A stretch of 64,000 nucleotides of DNA, taken from positions 3,906,001 to 3,970,000 of the forward strand of contig NW_024704762.1 of the NCBI RefSeq assembly GCF_018977255.1. The letters are read 5' to 3'. This document shows, piece after piece, positions 16,691-28,528 of this stretch (the stretch's first letter is position 1; each line of letters begins with the position of its first letter). The DNA is from Callorhinchus milii. Taxonomy: Eukaryota. Below the pieces are notes generated by a model, which made no database searches, had not been told where the DNA came from, and saw only the letters and a list, made by a program, of their open reading frames with translations. The position numbers and the translations under genes are program-made.

Positions 16691-19511
16691 ATAGTTAACA
16701 GCAGCGTCCTGTCCACCCTCAAGATGCTGCTGTAACACAAATGATTGACAGGTCCGAGTGATCAAGTTGACAAATAATATCAGATATCTCGCGTCCTGTA
16801 AGGTGACCTGTTGCTCAGTAAGCAATTTATTTCCCCCTTCCGCACAGTAACGCTGATTGCTGAGTGTAACTCATTTGTTAGCTTTAAGATCAGAGCAGCT
16901 TTGGTGCAGAGTTTTTGTGTTAGAATCCAAAGCCAAATGAACGGCCTTTTGTCACCGAGGTCCCGCTGTGATGCCAGAATATTGTGTTTGAGCACACGGA
17001 GCTCAACAACGAGGTAACAGAAACCTCCACACTGCGACTGTTGACTCTGCTATCGGCCAATAATGATAATAATAATAATCATAATATTAATAATTCTTGC
17101 ATTTGATATAGCGCCTTATCATTCCGTTGAGACCACCTCGAAGTGCTTCAAAGAACAGACTGTCAAGCAGATTGACTACTTTGTGGGTGAAACCAGTAAA
17201 TGAATAAAATCTCTAAGATCCGAAGCAGAAAGAGCATTGTGGGAGGCAGCGAGTGATCTTAAATAGAGAGGGTGAAGGCGACCGATAACAAAAGCTCTTT
17301 TGAACTTAAGTAAGTATCACAATAATGTTAATCCTTCCGTTTGATGTTTCTCCTTTCACATTGGGAGGATATCTCTGGGACGCTGTATAAATTCAAGTTG
17401 TTGTTGTTATCTCAAAGCACTTCACAGGATTTATTGTAAAATGTAGGGCAGTGTTTTGAAGGCAAACTCAGCAGCCAATTTGTGCACAGCGACATCCCAC
17501 ACAAATAGCTATGACGATGACAACAACAACAACATGTACTTACATAGCGTGGAGTACGGAAACTTGCCGAAGGCTTTGCCCTGCCCTGGAATTGAATCCG
17601 GTTCCTGTCGCTTGCGAAGCGAGTGCTCTAACCACTACCCTACAGGCCTCCATAGCTCACAATTAAGTGGTTGAGATTTTTATACACCTCCGCCCCCGCC
17701 CCCACACCCAAGCAACACCTCCCTCCTGGCTCGGAGTCAGGCACCGCCAGTGTTAAGTGCTCTGAAACGCTGCACTGCGTGGAGGGCGATATATAAGCGC
17801 AAGTTGTTGTTACTAAAAGCTGAAAATGTATTTGAAAATGAACAGTAGGTGTTCCTTTAGAGATCCTCACCAGATCCACAGTGGATCTGAAAGGATGAGA
17901 TCAAAATGTCTCTCTTCATCCAAGCTGCCTATTCTACATCTTATGATGAAGTTAGAAGAAGGAAAGGGATTTGCCTGACTGCCCATCGACGGTGCTTGCG
18001 GTCACCCACTCCTTCCCCCCAATTCGGCGTCAGGCTCCCCAACTGTCAAGTGCCCCAAGATACTGCCCGTGTAAAGGGTGCAGTGTAAGTTAAGTTGTTG
18101 TTGTTGAGCACAGTTTCAGCCTTTGCATCAGTTCAATCTCGTGTCTCGGGCTAGTGCACACGTGTGGGTGTCAGGTGTCAGGTGTCAGGTGAGGGCAGGA
18201 TCGGGGCTTGGCTGTGAAGACTCATGGGTGCAAATAGGCACTTGGGCGAAGTCCTTGCTCTCAGGCTACGTGTGGACCTCATTAGATTTTACCGTCAGCA
18301 CTAATGCAGCCCATTTCCTTCTACAATTATTTTCTAAAGTCTTTGAACAGAGAGACAGAGGGAAAGTGTGAGGAGTGAACATGAAGAACATCAGACCAAT
18401 TGGAGTATCTGTGAAATGTAATAACCTTTATATTTGATATCGCACCTCATAATCATCCTTTAATACAACACCTTATCACATTGAGAGCCTGTCTCAAGCA
18501 CTTCACAGGATTTACCGTGAGCTGCGGTGACTGTGTATTTTGTAGGCAAACGCAGCAACCAATTTGCGCACAGCAATGTCCAACAAACAGCCATGATGTG
18601 AATGATCAATTTTATTTGGAATGACAGCTGGACTGCGAGTCCTGATGTGAGGCTTTCCAGTCCAATATGGATCTCAGAGTTTCTGTAGTATCCAAACCTT
18701 CGGATTGAAATTCCACCTGGATATTTACAGTGTCCTGGAATTGGTAAAGTCTTAAAAACCACAGAAAATTGGCTTCAAAGTGAAGATTCAACAGTTTGCC
18801 AAATGTTGAGACTCTAAAATACTACATAGAGTAAATCTAGACCCAAGTGGAATTTCTCCCCATTAGATCCTTTTAGACGGTTTGATTTGGTTTCCTGGGA
18901 AAGTGGGGAGAGGGAGGGAACGAGGTCGAGGAGCTCAAAAGGCAGTGAAAGGTGGACAGTTTAATTAAGGAGCCAGAACATTCAGGATAAGAAAGTTGAG
19001 ATATTTGGTGAACAAGTCTGACCATTTCTGCATTGGAGATACCTGACATTGACCGTCAGAACTTCCTTCTTCACTGACTTCAGGAGGTCAGGTCAGATTG
19101 CCGTCTCTCTTTATTACACAGCTCTGTACTTCTGAGTCCATATATGAATGAGCAACAGGGACACCAAAACAGAATGTTAATACTTTGACTTTTGCATAAA
19201 ATGCAGAATACCAGAGTCACCTCAGTAGCACATGCATAAAGAAATATTTTTAAGCAACCGATTTTTAAGCGCTCCAAGATGCTGCCCCGGGTGAATTTTG
19301 CTATATCAATGCACGTTGTTGTTGTTGATTTAGTCCGGGAAAAACATTTAACGATTTCCGATAATATGAAATTCTTTCTCAAAGGTTTGTTGGCGGAGCC
19401 TTCTTAAACAACACTGGGACATGGTGACTGAAGGCAGCTGATGATGCCTACAATCTTAGAAGAGTTTGGATTTCTTAAGGTGGAGTCACTACAGTTCCAG
19501 TTCATCCAAGT

Positions 19512-22500
19512 TTACACCACAGGATAGAGTGCGGAACTGGCAATGCCGCAGTTATTGCCCTTGTCCTTTGCCGTGTGGAAGTATCCTTTGTTGCCCCATT
19601 TGACTCCCCAACTAAAGGAAGAAAGAGATAGAAATTACGGTTAACATCACTTAAACTCATGAAGTCACACAAAATAAAATTTAACGCTCGTTTCCGCTCT
19701 GAGATTAAGAGGTGGACGAGAGCGGGGGAGGAGGGATTTAAGGAGAGGAGGAGGAGGCCATTCAGTCCCTCTGTGCTGTTCCACTGTTATATTGGATTAA
19801 AACAGATTTGTTAGTCTCATCTCTCTGCCTTTTCTCCACGTGTTAACACTCCTACTTAGTTCCCAAGTAATCTGTCGATCTTTTGACCAATGCATTCTGC
19901 ATCTCTGACCTTCTGGGTTCCACAGTTTCACAAGCCTCCATGGGAAGAAACCTTTTCTGATCTCATTCCTAACCGGCTAAGCTCCAATTTTAAGACCATT
20001 GCAATGCAGAGATAATGTAAAGCATATCCTCAGAGTGATAAGCACCAGCAGAAGCTACCACTAGTGAAGGGCACAATATAAATTCAAATTGTTGTCGTTG
20101 TTGTTGATGTTGTCTCCATCTTTAGGCAAAACTGGAAAGAAATCAACACGTAATGTACGGTCAAAGGAGTTAGTTCGGAAAAAGAAAGTCCCTTTGGCCC
20201 ACTCAATCTCACCAGTCACAGGGTCAAGTGGGTCAAGAGTAGAGCCCAGAGCTTAGAGATCAAAGTGCACTCACTGTACGTCGCTGGTGCTAACCTCTGC
20301 TACGCTTTGCATTTAGTTAAAAGAAAATTGGGCATAATAGCTGAACTCTTACCAATACTTGGCAGTGTTGGGAAGCAAATAGGACTGTAGTTTAAAATGC
20401 CCTGGTTGCCTCATGGTGAAACACTACACTGCTTGAGGGGCGCTGTACAAATGCAACTGGTGCTAACCTCTAAGATGCTTTGCATTTGGTTAAAAGAAAA
20501 TTGGCGCTGTTGGGAAGCAAATAGGACTGTAGTTTGCAATGCCGTGGTTTTCTCATACTGAAAGTGCTCTGGGACACTATACTGCTTGAGGGGCGCTATA
20601 TAAATGCAACTTGTTGTTGTTATGAGACGTACCTGTTTTTAACAATCCAATATGGTTCTCCTGCTTCAGTCCCATATCCAACCACCAGTAACTCGTGGTC
20701 CAGTACAGTCTTGCTACACGCCTCATCATAATAAATGCCTGTAAACAGCAGAAGTATTAAAGAATTGCAGAGCAGAAGGAGCCCATTCAGCCCTCTTATG
20801 ACATTATTACAATTCGCGAGCTCTTTGTTCCACAATTCCACGGTTCTTTGGGGAGGGTTGGAGGAGATTTTTCAGGGAAACTTGATGTGAGTCTTCTGAT
20901 GCTAAGAGACGCAGATAACAATAATATTAATAATAATCCTTACTTTTGATATAACGTCTTATCACATCGTTGAGACATGTTGAAGCACTTCACATAATAT
21001 ACTGTAAAGTGTATATTTTGTGGGCGAACATCATAGCCAATTGCACACAAACAGCCGTGGATTGAGTAACCAAATTTTTTCTTAAGGTATTCTTACCCCC
21101 CAGAAAGCGATCCACCTATCGACTAATAAATGGGTTCCTATTTACTTCTAGATAAACAGAGATGTGCGGAGTGAAGAAACATGGCCAAGGTTTCGCCCTT
21201 CTCGGGAATCGAACCGGGTTCTCCCGTTTGCAAGGCAAGTGCTCAATCCAATATGGATCCACTACATTACAGGATCGAGAAAGGTATTTAGCTGATAAAC
21301 GAGAGCACAAGGCTCTGCGTAACTCTGACTTCTCACCTGATTTGTAGAACATGAATGACGCACGACCTGCGTCAAAGCCGACAGCTATTGGGCCGACAGT
21401 GGCCACCGCAGCGGCTAAGTCCCTCTCCGAGTTCTTCCTGATCATCTTCACCCCCTGACATGTGGCCACGCTCTCGTTCTCCTTACTGGTACAAACTCCG
21501 TTCTGCAACATAAGTACAGCCCTTAGAGACACCGAAGCCTCGAGTCACATGAAAAAAGTCCAATATAATTTTTTCACCAGCGAGTTGTTGGGATCTGGAA
21601 TGCATTGCCTGAACGGGCGGTGGAAGCCGATACGATAACAACTTTCAAGAGAGTCGTAGATAGATATTTGGAGGACAAGTTTGCAGGGCTATGGGGAGAG
21701 AGCTGGGGAGTGGGATTAATTTGGAAGCTCTTTGAAAGATTTATACCTCATTGGAAAAGGTCTTGTGGCTGGGAGTGACATGGGCATATTTGTTTTCGTA
21801 TATCCCTATCGTTCATGAGTTATTTTCAGTTTTGCATTTTCTGCTGCAGTTACACCCGGTGGTCGCTATGTCAAGGTGGTGCTGTGGCATCGTGCGTCAC
21901 AGAGCACCTACATATGTACGCAAGCACTGCAGTCACACCTGGTGGCCGGACCGGCTTACTGTGGCATCTTGCGTCACAGAGTACGCACGTAGCAAAGTGG
22001 CGGGAACAAAATAAAGAACACAGACGAAGTTAAGCCGCGGCAACAACAATCAAGTTACATTTTTAAAGCCCCGAGTCCTCCCACTGAGTCCTCCCAAAAG
22101 GAGTCCTCCCACAGGAGTATAGATAAAGATGAAATGTCTGTCTGTGTGTCAATCTACCTTCCATATTGGATCCTTTGGTTGCAAGGGAAGCNNNNNNNNN
22201 NNNNNNNNNNNNNNNNNNNNNNNNNNNNNNNNNNNNNNNNNNNNNNNNNNNNNNNNNNNNNNNNNNNNNNNNNNNNNNNNNNNNNNNNNNNNNNNNNNNN
22301 NNNNNNNNNNNNNNNNNNNNNNNNNNNNNNNNCGCCTTAACATCGCAACAGCACATCATTTTCAAGATGTCTCAATGTACAGTGGCTGTGTAAATGTGGG
22401 TGATATGGCAGCCAATTTATAGAATCATAGAATCTCAGAGCACCATCATGCCTGTGCCGGCTTCTGGAAAGAGTTATCCAACTAGTCCCACTCTTCCGCT

Positions 22501-25500
22501 CTTTCCCCATAGCCCTGCAAATGTTACCTTTTCAAGTATATATCCAATTCCATTTTGAAAGTTATTATACAATGCGCTTCCACCATCCTGTCAGGCAATG
22601 CATTCCAGATCGTAACAACTCGCTAGATTTTAAATAAAATTTTAAATGCAATTTGCGCAGAGCGATGTCCCACAAACAGCCATGGAGCGAGTAACTAATT
22701 TTATTTGAGCAATTATTGGCGAGGACACCAGGAGAGAAAGTCTCTTCTCTTTTCAAATAGTGTCACAGGTTGCTGAACGTCTACCTGGACAGGCAGATGG
22801 GACCTTGGTTTAACGTCTCACCTGTAGGACGGCATAGACTTATAGGGGCTGCAAATCCTGAGCTGGACCCATAACCTTCTGCCACAGAGGCGAGAGCGCT
22901 ACCAACTGAGCCACGCTGGCACTTTGAGGTCATTGCCCCAGTCATTGACAAAAGGAAGGTGTTTAAAGGGAGGGTAAGTTACCTTGGCAGTGTAGGGGTA
23001 GGATTCCTCCGAGTTGATTCCTTTCTCTTTAATGAAGAGGAGGGAAAGGCTGTTGTAGCCACCGTTACATCCGTGATTCCCGACACTCTGGCTGCAGTCC
23101 ATCAGGTACTGCTCACTAAGCGAGATCAACTTCCCCGTTTTCTTAAACCACTGACCTTCCAGGACCCCGGTCGTACTGAACGCCCAGCACGAGCCACAGG
23201 CTTTCTGGTGAATGAGGAGCGACAGCGAATTAACAATAATAATCCTTGTATTTGCTACAGCGCCTTATACCGTCTTCAGGACGTCTCAAAGCGCTTCACA
23301 GAATATCTTAACCATTCTTTTCCCTCTGCTCGGCCGGCACTGGCCTGCTCTATCTCCCCCACCCCCGACCATTGGTGGTCGAGCCTTCAGCTTTTCTGCA
23401 CCCACTTTCGGGAACTCCATCCCGGAACCCCTCCACCTCGTCCCCTCCCTTTCCTTCTTCAAGGCCCATCTCAAGACCTTCCTCTTGACCCCGCAATCAA
23501 TAGTTTAGTAGGCGCTAAAAGTGATTCTCCTTCACCTGGTCCTTCACTCCGGTAACGTAGCCTTTAGGGCGCCAGTCAACACTCTGAGGGAGGTCAGTCT
23601 TATCATCAGCTGTAAATAGGTTATATGTTTTGTTGTTATATTGCCTTGTGTTTCGCCTATTCAACAGGTTACTGAACTCCTCAACGGTCTGGAAAGGTAA
23701 GTGATGTTGAGATTTGTTAGTTACAATATCGCCACAGGGTGGGTGGGAGGGAAGAGAACAGCATCAGGTCATGATATCTTTTGGGATAATATCCCATGTG
23801 CACAAACCGTTATGGATTGAGTAATAATATAATAATAATAATCCTTGCATTTGATATAGCGCTTTTCACGTCGGGAGGACGTCCCAAAGCGCTTCACAGA
23901 ACACACTGTAAAGTGAATTGACTGTATATTTGTGGGCGAACGCGGCAGCCAATTGCGCACAGCAATGTCCTACAAACAGTCGTAGATTGAAAATGACCAA
24001 TTTATTATTGTTTTTGGTTTTGGAGGGATTATTATTAGGCTCTGTGTGGAGTAAGGAAACTTGCCCAAGGTTTCGCTCTGCCTGGAATTGAACTCAGGTC
24101 TCTCACTTGCAAAGCGAGTGCTCTAACCACTGAGCTACAGGACTCCACAAGTGACTAAATTGTGATTATTCTTTTTCAAGGAATTATTACAACCGAAAAA
24201 ATGATCCGCCAATTAAATAACAACCGGGTTCCTACTTACCGCGAGGTAACCAGAAGTATGTGAAGTGAAGTAAGAAAACTTGCCTTACATTTCGCCCTGG
24301 CTGGGAATCAAACCCAGTCCTCTCGCTTGCGAGGCGAGTGCTCTAACCACTACACTACAGGACTCCACAATCAATCTTCATCCCGATTCAATGGGAGTGT
24401 TTCAAAGATTCGCTGTTCACCTTTCACACTCTCACACTTCAGGTACCTACCATGTCTCCAAACTGATTCATCCCCACAGCAAACGTGTGTTTCCCCATGA
24501 AGTAATCCGTGTTGTGCTTCTCAATATACTGCAGGTTCTGCTCCCACACATTTCTTCTAAACGCAGCATCTTTCTGAAAAGTAGGATTTACACCCGTGTC
24601 AAACTCCAACTCCTTTTAGCATAGAAATCATCAATCGAGAGAAGTATTTTTCCTCTAGAGCTTAGCATTTCGGATCATCTCACAAACCACATTCACCAAG
24701 AAATGTGCCTTATCACCATAATCGCAGGCCCACAATAATATTCAAACAGTATCAGTAATCCGTGCATAATCCTTCCTTTATCATTGTGTTGATAAGCTGA
24801 TAAACATCTTTGCAGATTTTGCTGTGGAGAAATCACTGTGTATTTTGGAGTCAAACACAGCAGCGAGTTTGCACACAGCAGCGTCCCACAAACAGCCATG
24901 AAGTAGATGATTTTGCTTTGGTTTTATCTGGAGGATTGTTGGCCAGGACACCAGGTGAAACTCCCTTCTCTTTACAAATAGAGCCACGGGATCCTTAACA
25001 TCCATCTGACCTCAGTTTAACATCTCATCCAAGCGACAGCATTTCTGACAGAACAACACTCTTGTCAACATTGCACAGGAGCGTCAGCTTAGATTTTGAG
25101 TCTCAAACTTCTGATGTGGAGGCTTGAACCCACAACTTTCTGACCCAGAGGCAAGAGTGTTACCAAATGAGCCAGTCCGACAATTTGCATGGGAGAAGAG
25201 AGCAGAGAAGAGGAGAGAGGAGAGAAGGGGAAAAGAGGAGAATAGAGGAGAGGGAGGAGAGGAGAGAGTGGCTGAAAATAGACGAGCTTCTCAGGTTTGG
25301 GCTAAGCCTCGGTGTTAAGGCAGAGTTAGGGTCTCCCAAAGAAATTATATTGTTTTTTTAAAAAATTAGATTTTTAGAAAGAGCACAAGGAAATAAGATG
25401 GATGAGTGTAAATAACTATAACTGGAGTCTGGAAACAATGTGAAACATGAGACATTGCCCTAACCCTCTCTGGTGAAAAGCTTTGCTCTAACTTTTTGAC

Positions 25501-25675
25501 CCAGAGGCAAGAGTGTTACCAAATGAGCCAGTCTGACAACTCTTACCTCCTGGTACAGCTTCTTGTGAAAGGTTTTCCAGCTCAGCCACTCATTGTCCAA
25601 TTCTGGATTGATCGAGTCTGTTGAAGCTTTAACTAGAACGCACACCACAAAACAGCCCCTCAGCAGGAAGTTCAT
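19512..25675 (-). CDS. Cathepsin L/S-like protease, copy B2 (intact, 332 aa)
   Basis: Exons 25547-25675, 24451-24573, 23536-23688, 22983-23204, 21337-21502, 20633-20738, 19512-19611 sum to 999 nt, open, GT-AG. Gln19/Cys25/His159/Asn175 present. Confidence 0.95.
22192..22332. other. Assembly gap (others 31051-31178, 46345-46481)
   Basis: N runs. Confidence 1.
23822..24148 (-). mobile_element. Young SINE (short subfamily), B2 intron-3 specific
   Basis: Nearly identical to the 7414 and 9633 copies; empty sites at ~15302 and ~32642. Confidence 0.85.
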
Positions 25676-25933
25676 GACGAGTTATCTGTCAGAACAAAAC
25701 ACAGGGATCAAACAGACAGTGAGCAAGTTACTCTGAGACAAGAGATTTTGTGCGGCCAAAAGGTCTATCTCGTAGACCACGTCGGTGGTCATCTCCCTGC
25801 TTTGATATAACGTCTTATCGCTTCATTGAGACATCTCAAAGCGCTTCACAAATATACTGTAAAGTGGGCTGACTGTGTATTTTATGGATGAAAGACACAT
25901 ATAGTAAAACAAAATCTTTATCAATAGTCCTAC

Positions 25934-25990
25934 CTTCCAGCCGTCCTGCCCTCTGGCTAATGTGGGGAGCGCACTGATCAATATATACCA
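25934..25990 (-). promoter_or_regulatory. B2 TATA box and short non-coding exon 1
   Basis: TATATA at 25982-25987; donor at 25933. Confidence 0.6.
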
Positions 25991-28528
25991 TAGTCAACAG
26001 CAGCGTCCTGTCCACCCTCAAGATGCTGCTGTAACACAAATGATTGGCAGGTCCGAGTGATCAAGTTGACAAATAATATCAGATATCTCGCGTCCTGTAA
26101 GGTGACCTGTTGCTCAGTAAGCAATTTATTTCCCCCTTCCGCACAGTAACGCTGATTGCTGAGTGTAACTCATTTGTTAGCTTTAAGATCAGAGCAGCTT
26201 TGGTGCAGAGTTTTTGTGTCAGAATCCAAAGCCAAATGAACGGCCTTTTGTCACGGAGGTCCCGCTGTGATGCCAGAATATTGTGTTTGAGCACACGGAG
26301 CTCAACAACGAGGTAACAGAAACCTCCACGCCGCGACTGCATTGTGGGAGGTAGTGAGTGATCTAAAATAGAGAGGGTGAAGGCGATCGATAACAAAAGC
26401 TCTTTCGAGCTGACATAAATATCACAATAATGTTAATCCTTGCATTTGATGTTTCTCCTTTCACGTTGGAAGGACATTACCACTACCCTCCAGGACTCCA
26501 TAGCTTACATTTAAGTGGCTGAGATTTTTGTACACCTTCCTCTCTTCTTTGCACACCCTTTCAGCCACTACGCCCCGAAACTCTGGGACACGCTCCCTCA
26601 ATCCGTCCCCAGCCCCTCTTAGACTGAGCTTACAGCCACCTCCACCCCCGCACCCCACCCCCCACCCCCCAGCACCTCCCCCCTGGCTTGCAGTCAGGCT
26701 CCGCCACTGTTAAGCGCTCTGAGATGCTGCCCTGCGTGGAGGGCGTTATAAAAGTGCAAGTTGTTGTTGTTAAAATCTGAAAGTGTATTGTAACTGTGTT
26801 ACCAGTGGCGCCATCTTGTGGCGGATATTGGTACAGCAGTTGTTCCTTTGGAGATCATCACCAGATCCACAGTGGGTCTGAAAGGATGAGATCAAAATGT
26901 CTTTCTTCATCCAAGCTGCCTATTCTACATCTTATGATGAAGTTAGAAGAAGGAGAGGGATTTGCCTGACTGCCCATCGACGGTGCTTGCGGTCACCCAC
27001 TCCCTCCCCCCAGTTCAGCGTCAGGCTCCCCAACTGTTAAGTGCCCCAAGATGCTGCCCGTGTAAAGGGTGCAGTGTAAGTGTAAGTTATTGTTGTTGAG
27101 CACAGTTTCAGCCTTTGCATCAGCTCAATCTCGTGTCTCGGGCTAGTGCACACGTGTAGGTGTCAGGTGTCAGGTGAGGGCAGGATCGGGGCTTGGCTGT
27201 GAAGACTCATGTGTGCCAATAGGCATTTGGGCGAAGTCCTTGCTCTCAGACTAAGTGTGGACCTCATTACACTTTACCGTCCAGCACTAATGCAGCCCAT
27301 TTCCTTCTACAATTATTTTCTAAAGTCTTTGAACAGAGAGACAGAGGGAGAGTGTGAGGAGTGAACAGGAAGAACATCAGACCAATTGGAGTATCTGTGA
27401 AATGTAATAACCTTTATATTTGATATCGCACCTCATAATCATCCTTTAATACAGCACCTTATCACATTGAGAGCCTGTCTCAAGCACTTCACAGGATTTA
27501 CTGCGGTGACTGTGTATTTTGTAGACAAATGCAGCAACCAATTTGCGCACAGCAATGTCCAACAAACAGCCATGATGTGAATGATCAATTTTATTTGGAG
27601 TGACAGCTGGACTGTGAGTCCTGATGTGAGGCTTTCCAGTCCAATATGGATCTCTGAGTTCCTGTAGTATCCAAACCTTCGGATTGAAATTCCACCTGGA
27701 TATTTACAGTGTCCTGGAATTGGTAAAGTCTTTAAAACTGCATGGATTTTCAAGTTCTTTTTGTGGAAGTATATTCTGAAAACCACAGAAAACTGGCTTC
27801 AAAGTGAAGATTCAATTCAACAGTTTGCCAAATGTTGAGACTCTAAAATACTACATAGAGTAAATCTAGACCCAAGTGGAATTTCTCCCCATTAGATCCT
27901 TTTGGACGGTTTGATTTGGTTTCCTGGAGGGAGGGAACGAGGTCGAGGAGCTCAAAAGGCAGGGAAAGGTGGACAGTTCTATGAAGGAGCCAGAACATTC
28001 AGGATAAGAAAGTTGAGATATTTGGTGAACAAGTCTGACCATTTCTACTTTGGAGATACCTGACATTGACCGTCAGAACTTCCTTCTTCACTGACTTCAG
28101 GAGGTCAGGTCAGATTGCCGTCTCTCTTTATTACACAGCTCTGTACTTCTGAGTCCATATATGAATGAGCAACAGGGACACCAAAACAGAACGTAAATAA
28201 TTTGCTTTTTGCATAAAATGCTGAATACCAGAGTCACCTCAGTAGCACATGCATAAAGAAATATTTTTAAGCAACCGATTTTTAAGCGCTCCAAGATGCT
28301 GCCCCGGGCGAAGTTTGCTATATCAATGCACGTTGTTGTTGTTGATTTAGTCCGGGAAAAGCATTTAACGATTTCCGATAATATGAAATTCTTTCTCAAA
28401 GGTTTGTTGGCGGAGCCTTCTTAAACAACACTGGGACATGGTGACTGAAGGCAGCTGAAGATGCCTACAATCTTAGAAGAGTTTGGATTTCTTAAGGTGG
28501 AGTCGCTACAGTTCCAGTTCATCCAAGT

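Noticed and set aside
17871-17889. 9-bp palindrome CAGATCCAC-A-GTGGATCTG
   Set aside because: Imperfect in the other two units, so likely chance.
22959-23555. 198-aa plus-strand ORF and similar ones (54349-54924, 24280-24624)
   Set aside because: Antisense shadows of cathepsin exons plus repeats.
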